Part shown: piece by piece, positions 53,601-64,000 of the stretch
How the letters are laid out: each line of letters begins with the position of its first letter
Position numbering within the stretch: the stretch's first letter is position 1
Assembly (NCBI RefSeq): GCF_041956535.1
Contig: NW_027192199.1
Coordinates: forward strand, 1 to 64,000
DNA length: 64,000 nt
Direction: 5' to 3'
Source: Calcarisporiella thermophila CBS 279.70
Taxonomy: Eukaryota > Fungi > Calcarisporiellomycota
The notes under the pieces: generated by a model
Databases searched by the model: none
Seen by the model: only the letters and a program-made list of their open reading frames with translations
Told to the model about the DNA's origin: nothing
Made by a program: the position numbers and the translations under genes

Positions 53601-56600
53601 ATGATGCTCTGCTGTGAAAGCACTATCTGGTGTGCAGAAAGAACAAATGCGTCTGAAGATAGGTCTGATGGATTATCAAGGAGGATAATTTCCGGATCAA
53701 CAATGTTAATGCGATAGTGAAAAGCGGCCATTTGCGGTTTCTGATAAGGAGCTCGGGCTGCGTCAGTTGTTGCCAGTGCCTGACTATGCCGCCTAGCAAG
53801 CTGTGCATCCCTGCTTTCGTCCTGGCTCTTAGAACTCTGAACAAATGGAGCCATTAGATAATTACGTAGAGCGAATAAGTATTCAAGCGAGAATAATATT
53901 CGAGGGCTATCCACAGTCACAAGTAAAATAATATCAGGTTGAGGTGGGGATGCCATCGAAAAGCTTGCCATAAATTGAGGTCCGCCATGCTGAACCGCGG
54001 GAATAATCTCTCGAAACTTATTTTCAGGCTGAGCACGGGTATCAAAAACAGTTAAAGAAGCGATCTGAATCTCTGATGCGAGTGAAGAGTCAGACAGCAT
54101 TTTCAGCTTAAGATCTGTCTTGAAAAGAGATAAACGACAAAGGCCTCGCTTGGATAAAGTTTGGTCCCTGTCGGATTGAACATTACTGAAGAGCTCCAAT
54201 GTTATATTGGGGGCATTAAAAACCAAATCTATTTTTGTCCACACTCCCTCATCCAATAAATGCTGTGGTGTGCGAAAATCAGGTAATTCTGCAACTTGGG
54301 AATTTTCATCAAGACTTTTAGATAGTCGCTGAGATTCCCCTTGATCCGCAACAACAAACGTGCTTGACACAGAGTTTCCAAGTTCGATCAAGAAAATATA
54401 CTGTTCCTCAGTTAGACCCATGCGAATCTCCGAAAGTTTGCCATTTATCTAAAATAAGATCAATATGATAAACCATATATAGCATAAGTAACTGCAGTAT
54501 TCTAACCTCTATATCTGGTCGATTAGATCCATTAACATGCTCTCCATATACTATATCGAAATTAACGTCAACGTCTTCGATGATGTTAAGAATCTGCTTA
54601 TATGGGACGCTGTGTTCGCTCTCTACATTAGCATCATCACTAAATTCGGATGTTAAGCGGATATGATTCAATCCGATTGTGATATGATCCAGAGTTCTTG
54701 TTTCATCCTTGTTCGATTTAATGCTTTCATTAAGTACGCGTAATTCGCCCAAGTTTGCAATAACTACATTTGCCCCTGGAATATATTTCACTTCTTTTGT
54801 AAAAAATATAGTAGGAGCTCGCCATGTTATATCGAAATGTATCCTGCTTAGATCAGTCTTTTGAAGCTGTTTCGCAGATTGAGTGGCACGCTCCCGTGCT
54901 GCGTCATATACTGACTTCATTGCAACGAATTGATTCATAAATTGGAATATGCGACGCAAAGGATACTCTGAGAACAACATATGTGCTGCACCAGCACGAA
55001 GATAAACGCTGCTGTCAAAGTCGTTGCTAGTCCCAGCTCCGCTTTCGAATGTTTCGTATCGGAAATCAGCAAGCTCTTCGTCTTCAAATGAAAGCAGCGG
55101 AGGAGATACGTCATCGGTGTCATCTTCGATGGTGAAGGCACCAATCTTAGCTCTCACTTTTAACACTTTAGTCATGGATACAAAAAGCGAAACCTGTGAC
55201 AATGCGGCGGTAGCAAGGCGATCGCCATTGTCGTTTAAAATGATGCTGATACTAGTGAGATGTGCATCTATCTTTATCATCCCGCTATCCTCTTTGCTTG
55301 AGTTTATCTGGGCAGGCATTATTACGACACTGTCTTTAGTTGATTCCTCACCATTTCTATTGCCACCACCGGGAAGAGAAGGAATAAAAGTGCTCAGTAA
55401 GAAATCGTTCAATGTCAAAATACTGCTGCGTGTGAATATTAGACTAAGCGTTGACATCGAAATGTTTAAGGTTTGGCTATATCCTGCATAGTCGGGTGAA
55501 TCAGAACTTGATTGTACATATGATACTTCTACTAAAGCTTTTCCGTCATCAGCCGAGTTTTCCTCAACTGGCTGTGAGGTAACAAGATAGCCAAATTCGA
55601 TGCCATGCTCCATCCGATCAGTGATGGCCAAATCCTTAAGTGTGACCTGTAAGGACATGTCAAAAGGGCGTTGAATGAAACCAATACTAAGACGATCAAG
55701 AACGATATCTATGAGCGGATTTTCTTCCCCAGATTCAATACTCTGCCGAAGTGAAGCAGAGAATTTGGTAATAGTGAAGGAAAATTCAAATAATTTCTGG
55801 CTGGACTGAACTCCAGGATGCTAAAATGTATATTATTTGTGTGAATATTAAGCATACTTATATTATACCGTTTTACTTACCATAATAGACGATTGTTTCC
55901 TTTGTTCTCTCGCTTTTGAAGTTGAAGCTTGACTATATTCTTCATCTTCTTCTGATCCACTTTCCAGTTCCAATAATGCACCTTTATCTTTAGCCAGCCC
56001 CAACTTGTCGGCCATTCTCAGTTTTAGATCTTCGTCAATCGCTGAACCCGGGGATTGAGCTGAACTCATTCCAACGGGGGTTTCAGGTGAGTCCTCGGAT
56101 AATGTCTTCGATATTATCACGTCAATTAGCTTCATAATTTCACGATATTTTCGATCTGATAAGTTTGCTTGAAATATTGGGAGATGTCCTGAAACTCGGA
56201 ATCGAGTGAGATTTGGAGCTTGCGGGAGTATAGACATCGCGACGAGAAATGACATGTTAACCCTTTCGATAACACTGTCACTGTCTACGATTAAGCTTGC
56301 AGTTTCATGTATGTACTCCTCAATAGACCTTCCAATTATGAACTAAAACCCTACATTAATAACTGATTTAAAAACATCGTTTTATAAAAGTAAATGCTTT
56401 ACCTGCATTGAAGAGAGCTTCACGTTAAATTTGTCGTACATCAAAGACTCTAAATGCGCGAAATCTTCTTCACTCAGTGCCTGGCCATGTTTTTTTTGCA
56501 TATCTTCAATATTTCTCTTAGCGACAAGGTCGCTTTTGATGTCAATGTGACCTATATTTAACACTGCAACTAGCCCACTTTCGTCTGTAGGATCTTCGGG

Positions 56601-59600
56601 TATAATTATAATAGGAGCATCCATATCTACTCGAAGATCGAGAGTACGGTGTTGTAAAAGTGCATATTCGAGGCCAGAGCGCGTCTGTTGCCTAATATCT
56701 TGAAGTCTGTCTCCTGCAACTTCCTAAAATGATTATGTATATGTTAGAAAATCAGTTTACATGGACCAAAACGATCACAAAAGTATACAAGTAGAGCATT
56801 AATGGTTTCCATATCGGAAGTTGGACGTATAAAGAAATGTTTTATTGCTCGGATCGTATCAGCATTGTATATCATCTCCATGTGTCTCATTCTCACAGAT
56901 AGAACATTGTCAGCATGGTGATCAAGCGGATTTGATTCGAACATAATTGAAAAAAAGGCATCTTCTAAGCTATCGTCATGAGAGCAGACGTGCTCAGTTT
57001 CCGAGGTCCTAGCCACTGGTTCCTTAACCCGTATTAGCTTCGGATAAACAGAGTTGGAAGTCACCCCATCGTAAAGACTCAGATCGCCAAGAGCTATTTT
57101 TGCCAGTAAACTACCCTGGCGTTGCAAAACGTCCGCAGAAAGATTATCAAATACAAGAGAAAGAAGATCAATGTTTTGTGAATGCGGATAACGCCTCAAA
57201 ACGAAAGAACCCGTCTTAAGCTTGGTCTTTAATGCAAATAGAATGACCTAAAAAAAAAAAAGAGTTATCTTGGATAGAAATGAAAGATGAAGAAAACAAC
57301 TCACATCATCTGATAGGGTCATTGCGTTAGAAGCTGCCTCTTTCTCATCATACTCAATTGCATCGCATAATTCCTTCATTTGATCCTCGGTTAATAGATT
57401 TTCACTCTCCTGAGACTATATAAATTAATGGGCAAAAAAAAAATTAGTATTCCTCAAATTTTACATTGCACATAGAACAACCTCTGAAGTCGATTGGCTC
57501 CCACCAAAAATCCATCCAAACCAACTCTGTGAACGTTTTTGTTCCCTCTCTCGTGTTTTTGCTAAATTGTTGAAAAAAAAAATGAAATGTCTTATCACGG
57601 AAAATACAAAAATACAATAAATACCCAATCTAGCTTGCTCCTTTTTAAGACGAGGCTTGGCGAGCGAACGAAAGAAGCGAATATCTTCATAGCTCCATTT
57701 ACGTTCAATTTGATCAAGTTGCTCGATTTCCTTTGAAATAAATATAAATATGATGAAAATACATCAAAATATTACAACTCTAAAAATCGAGTATACCTCT
57801 GGCGTGATCCTCCCTAATTTCAAATTAATATACAATTCTAGATACATTTTGCGGTCATCTCTCCTCTCTTTTAAATAATTCCAAGTCCACTTCCGATTGC
57901 GCTCGTGAATTTCAGAAAGAATGCAATTGCCTACACATGAAATGTTCAGGTGTCCAGATTCACAAACAAAAAAAGACAATCGAGGATTCCAACCTGCAAA
58001 CTGCAACCAAGCCTTAGGATCTGCTTTAGGGGTAGAACTAGGTCTAAATTTCAGAAACTATTGGATTCCATGAAAATAGAACTCTTGTATTATTTATACT
58101 CATTCGATCAACATAATTATCAGTTTTACCGCTGACTGCCTCACATATCGATGAAACAAAGATGCAAGCATCAGAGCGTCTCGGTACTGGTCATCATCCA
58201 GTATAAACCCAAGCTCCTCAAATAAAAGCGTGCCTTCTGTTTTCGGCATATTAGAATCAAACCGTTTATTCAATTTTAACTAAGAGGCAATGCAATGTAT
58301 TAGGTTAAATTCGATAATAAAAATAATAAAAACCCATACTTTTCCAATCCCAGAAACAGGTTTTAAGACGTATTGGTGTTCCTCGGGAACTTCATCGGAC
58401 ATAGCTATCTGTCTCAGTGGTAACCTCATATATGTAAATATATCCATTTTGCAATAAATTTATGAATTATTTACCAATTGGACAAATTCTTGAAGTGCCT
58501 CTCTTAGTGGAAGATTTGCAATAGATCGTGAATCTGTATTCCAATATACAGCAAGCGAACCGAGTGTGACAAGCTACACATATATATATTTATGTAAGTT
58601 CGAATAAATTACGATATAGTGAAGTTCAATAAAAACCTTGTGGATTGTGTTACTAGGCTCTTCAATATACATTGGCCTCCAATCCTCATCTGTTGACACG
58701 GCTGAGAGTTCGGAAAGTGTTATACCAACAGAAAAGGGGTGCTAAACAAAACACAAACGAATTAGATATAATCGAATTAATTGCCAAAAAAAAATTAACT
58801 ACACACCCCTGGCGTGCTTAGATTATCTTCATATCGAATATGGATATTCATAATGGAAATTTGAAGGTTATCAATGATTTTTGTGACGAGTTGATTAACG
58901 AATGAGGCGTTCGCATGGTCTTCCTCTGGTCAATGCATTTGTATGTTCACATAATATATTAGTAAAAAATTACTTGGCTATAAAAAAATTATGAGCTAAC
59001 TCACCCTGTGATTTTGCGGGTTCTTTGCCTAATAATTCCCAATTTTCTAGCCTTTCTTGCTTTAATTTTTGTGCACGCTGATCCCCTTCTTCTGCATCAA
59101 ACTAATAAAGATTATGAAATTCGAGTTTTAGCATTAGTAAGTTATTCGTCAATTAAAAATAAATAAGCAATATTACCTTCGATCCCGCTCTTGGAATAGC
59201 CAGCAAGTATATATCTTTTATTGTGATTCTAACGGGTTTACTCCTTAGATTTGACCACGGAATGCTCATGACTAGCTCTCCCAAAAATCCTGTGTAGAAA
59301 AATACAAAAGAATAACTATTCATTTAAGTGTCAGAGTCTAAGTACTTTTTATATACAACATAAGTACCCTCTGCCACGTCAACAGGCATATTAAACTTAT
59401 CAAGCGCTTCTTTTTTAAGCTGAAGATTCCGTAATACCACCTCCCCTATATAAATGCAGTTAATCAATAATTAATAATCCCAAGGTAGAAACTGATATTA
59501 TTCTTAATGTCTTCACCTGTCCATATCGCGATATTCAATTGATTCACATTGAGATTTGTTACATATGCACCGAGAAATCGGTTAAGAACATTTGCAACTA

Positions 59601-59613
59601 GTGATTCCAGCAT
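47674..59613 (-). CDS. VPS13: Vacuolar protein sorting 13 lipid-transfer protein, many exons
   Basis: Chorein N-terminus [19 protein letters not shown]...QLNIAIW; VAB repeats ([19 protein letters not shown]); [13 protein letters not shown]; ATG2_C-like KPLEGAE.EG; C-terminal PH-like region. Confidence 0.96.
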
Positions 59614-59900
59614 CCTCTCTGTGATATGATTTATACAAAGATGATCTCGCTCTTCTTAGCCAAAGTTCTCCCTGGTTAAAAAAGGTGAAGAAACGCCGCG
59701 AAAACCTTACAATTTAATTATGGAAAGCAGTCACATTAAATTTGTTACTTCCATCAAAAGGTAAATGTATTGAAAAATTGCACTAAGTTGAAAATAAATA
59801 TATGACATTGTCGATTGAAAATCGACGAGACTATAGTCTTTTTTTACATATATATGATATAACTGAGAAGAAGGAATAGTTCATGATGTATTGGTGATAA

Positions 59901-60960
59901 TTATAGTGAAATGATATCATAACTTGACGAAAGTGATTTTTCTGATGCTGGGCTTGATGGTGTAGATTCCAGTTGCTCAATATTTCTGTACATAAGTACA
60001 TAATAATGCTTAGCTATATCTGATTTATGTAAATGTAGATCTTTATATACCTTTCGTACTGTATATTAGCTTGATTCATCTTTTCAGCCTCATCGCTCAC
60101 TCTCCGCATCCATCGATCTATTAGCTCTTTGTTTTCCTTGTCTACTTCTCTCAGCCTTTCTTCATTTTTGGTTAATTCCAATTGCAATGCAGCAATCTCG
60201 TCTTGCAATATCTAGTTTCTTATTGTTAGAGAGAGTGGATAATATAAAGTATTAACTAATATACCTGTATTAAGCGATTCTTTTCTCTAATAAGCTCGAT
60301 CTGCTGGTCATATTTTTTTTTTAGCGTATTCACTTGTTCTGTGGTGGTAGCAATTCTTTGTAGCGATGAATGTAAATAATCACTGATAATTTTCGGATTT
60401 GAAAAAGCACTTACTTAATCTGATCATCACTGTGTAGCTTTTCTAATCGCCGTAAATTTTCATTCATCTCAACTAGTCTCTGAGCATTCTGTCCCTGAGT
60501 GCGATATAATTCCGAACGTTCTTCTTTGAGACTACTAATTTGAGATTCGAGATCCAATAATCGCTGCGGAGATATTGTTACACTAGGAGGATGAGAAAAT
60601 AGCAGAGTAAAAATAAGCATCTTTAAGAGTAAGGTATACAGAATTTGAATTAAAAAAAATATTTCTTACCTCCTCTCTTGAAAATTTAACTTATTGATGG
60701 CTAGTTTATCTTTTTCTCGTTGTAAAATCTCCAATGTATCTAATAGTTTGATATTACTTGTAATAAGAGATATTGAGCGCTGAGAAAGCTTGTTGTCTGA
60801 ATAGAGATGATTTAAATCAGTGATATTGAGGAGGGGGGGGAGGCAATAAATGAAACTTACAATCGTCAATCAACACTATCATACACTTTTCTCGTGTATC
60901 TCTATTGCGCAATAACCGAAGAATATTATAGTCTTCCTGGCATAACTCAATATCCGACAT
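59901..60960 (-). CDS. ATG16: Autophagy protein 16 (coiled coil, no WD40), about 6 exons
   Basis: N-terminal L..RD.RE helix; ELYRTQGQNAQRLVEMN; LQDEIAALQLEL...EN.ELIDRWM...EAEKMN.AN. Confidence 0.88.
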
Positions 60961-62106
60961 TTTCCTGTTCAAAGCTGCTATTCGCACTACTTAGAGAGAA
61001 TTTAGACATTAAAGATGTTCTTTACACAAGATTAATGAAATTTTATTCAAGCCCAGAAATCTGGAGAACAAGTGGTGTGACTGACCTGCGTGACTAGATA
61101 ATTTTTAGGACATCACAAAATTAATGTCATAATATTAAGATTCATGCGATTATCATGACAATATTCTAATGAACACTCAATATTGTGTTAATCCTCTTCA
61201 ACTCAATGAATACTCTTTTTTCGTTACCCAGTATTGATTAAATTTTGTATATAACTGTGGTAATTAGAATATCTCATTAATTAATATTTGATCTTTCAAT
61301 TAATTGTCTATCGCATCGATGAGACTCTAGTTACACCCCATCCCAGAGTAATGCTAGAAATAAAGACAAAAAGAACATTTTTTAACCAGACAAATATGCA
61401 GTTCATCTTTAAATCATAAAGAAGTTGTTGCAAGATTATTATATTTTTTTATGACTCTTATCTTAATCTTTTAAACCAACTATTGGCTCAAATAAACTTG
61501 ATTGCTCAGTTTTGGAAGAAAACTCCACAACCACAGCTATCTAGTACTAGGGCTACAGCCTATTATATTATTAAAACTCTGAAATATGTTAATCATTAAG
61601 GAGAAAATAAGCCAGAGCGAAACATTTAGTAAATCTATAAAATAAAACATAAGCGGTGCTTATTAGTTTATTTAAAGGTGATTTAAATAGGAGCTTTTTA
61701 TTTTTATTTTCTTCACTTGACCATGGCGGAGATGAATACTATGATGTTTGTTATACCAAAGTATGATTTAAATATGATATTCAGCTGTTTATCGGATAAC
61801 TAAATTTCCACTATTGAAACTTAACGAGTTGAAATTTCAGACGCCGAATATTTCTCCCGAATACCCACTTAAATTATCTTTATTACCTGTTAGACTGTTT
61901 TATCTCGTTAGAATCCGACTAAATCTCTTCATTCTTTTTCTCTGGTTTCTCCTTTGCCGTACTGAATTACTTTCTTTGTTGATACTCCACTTTCCTTTTT
62001 CTAACAATATTTCTTTCGGAATCTTCATGGGTTAAACAAGATATTGCGCGCTTAATGCTATCAATTGATAATCTCTTCTTACCTTCAACTTTGACATTAA
62101 TACAAA

Positions 62107-64000
62107 ATGCCGGCATCAAATCGTAAATTAGGCCCTGAGACTGAGTATATTATGTTGAAGGAAATTGGCGATGGATCTTTTGGTAGCGTACTCCAAGCTC
62201 AAAATAGAATCACGGGGGACATGGTAGTATACCTTCTAGAATATATGCGCTATTTGTCCATTTATAGCTTTCTGTTATAGGTGGCTATCAAGAAGATGAA
62301 AAAGAAATTTACATCGTGGTATGAGTGCACTCATCTAAGAGAATACAAGGTATAATACAAAATTATTTATACTTGATGCATTTTCTTCTGACATCTTTTG
62401 TGACCACTGCTGTTCAGGCCTTAATGCGACTCAAGGGCCATCCCAACATAATTCAACTCTTTGATGCATACTATAATGCCTCGACGAAGGAATTATCACT
62501 GGTGATGGAGTATATGGAGGGTAATCTATATCAGTTGATTAATGAACGTAAAGATAAAAAGAACGGATTGCTGTTGAGCGAGATTCAGCAGATAATGTAA
62601 ATGCTAAATTTTAAATTTATTTTATATGCACACTAAATTTTCAGTTTTTTTTTAGAGGACAAGTCCTTTCAGGACTGGCACATATGCATAACAAGGGCAT
62701 CTTCCATCGAGACCTTAAACCCGAAAATCTCCTTGTTGCTTGCGCCCCTCCCACCATTGAGTCTAGCAGCAAACAACTCGTAGTGAAAATTGCTGATTTT
62801 GGCCTCGCTAGAGATACTCGCAATCGTCTGCCCTATACAGAATATGTTAGCACTCGGTGGTAATTGCATCCATTATCACGTATATTATATCCTTTTTTTT
62901 AAGCGAAGCCTTCTAGGTATCGAGCGCCTGAAGTTTTACTTCGATCTCCGTTTTACACACCAGCAATTGATATGTGGGCGGTTGGTACAATCTTAGCCGA
63001 GCTTTTAACTTTGCAACCACTCTTCCCGGGACACTCTGAAGCTGATCAACTCTGGGTCATCTGTCAGACGTTAGGCAACCCAGAAGAATACCGTGATGCT
63101 CTTGGGAGACAAATTGGCGGTGGAGAATGGAAAGAGGGGATCAAACTGGCGAGAAACACGGGATTTTCATTTCCTCAAGTAATATAATTTCTATACATTA
63201 CAAAATAACTTATTGACACAAACTTTTTTATTAGACTAAACCTAAAGATCTCCGCTTGATACTTCCGCATGCACCGAATGATCTGATAACTGTACTCGAG
63301 CGCCTCCTTAAATACGATCCAAAACTAAGACCTAATGCTGAAAATGTGCTACGTTATCAGTTTTTTACCAATTCTAATATCTGCACAGAATTAAATAATA
63401 CCCGCTGGTCTACTGCTCGGCATTCACTTCACCGGCTCGCGATTGACACCTCTCTTTTAAAATCAGAAGTAAACGCAAGCTTTGGTCGCTCACGCTCTCG
63501 ATCCCATTCTTCTACGTCCCAAGGAGCACGACGTCCTTCACTTAGATCACTCAAGGGTGTGTGGGATTTTGACTTGCCGGCAATACCTGTATCTCCTTTT
63601 TCATTCAATCCACTTTTTACGCAAGAAGAGAATTTTGAGCCCGAAGAACTGCCGCAGAAGGATATGGATTCAATATCTCGAAAACGAGGGTCAATTCATG
63701 ACTTGACTTCAACAGTGACAATATCGCATTCCACCTACGAGAAATCACATAACATAGGAGAATATAGAATGCAGGATTCGACTTTGTCGCGGCGCAGTTT
63801 GTCGCGGTCATGGCATGGCGAATTCCCAATTCTTGCAACACGTATCCGAGAACAAACAGATATAACTAATAATGACAGCACAGAAGAAAGAAACAAATCG
63901 AATACCAGTAATTTGTTAATTTCCTCCGATGGAGTTAGCTCTGTTCTTGCAGAAATTGACCGTGCTTTCCATAACCACAATTTTGACGTTTTCTTTCCCG
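62107..64000 (+). CDS. IME2: Ime2/MAK/ICK-family Ser/Thr kinase, 3'-truncated by the window end
   Basis: [53 protein letters not shown] (TXY loop), GGGEW.EG insert. Confidence 0.88.

Overview
Eukaryotic, intron-rich fungal DNA with short AT-rich GT-AG introns. Gene content suggests an early-diverging fungus, but the taxon cannot be fixed from the sequence alone. The window has two halves. Bases 1 to ~36 kb form an accessory compartment: nested Ty3/gypsy chromovirus remnants, about five LTR families (three solo LTRs keep exact 5-bp TSDs), a probable DIRS-type gag relic, Tc1/mariner and MULE relics. Among them lie mostly secreted-protein genes (carboxylesterase, multidomain metzincin protease, bacterial-like SnoaL protein, small peptide, tyrosinase), an LTR-disrupted orphan gene, a fungal TF-domain gene, and a GC-richer block with IML2/TTC39-like and HSF-like genes. 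Bases ~37-64 kb are a compact housekeeping block with no recognisable TE: DHR2, IPI3, MRPL51, MED6, a DUF1765-like gene, VPS13, ATG16 and an IME2/MAK kinase that runs off the window end. Two N-gaps are present. No rRNA, tRNA or CRISPR array was recognised. The most unusual observations are a shared hairpin/duplicated-loop/poly(A)-signal module in two diverged LTR families, the reconstructed orphan gene, and the protease architecture. All calls were made by eye, without database searches.
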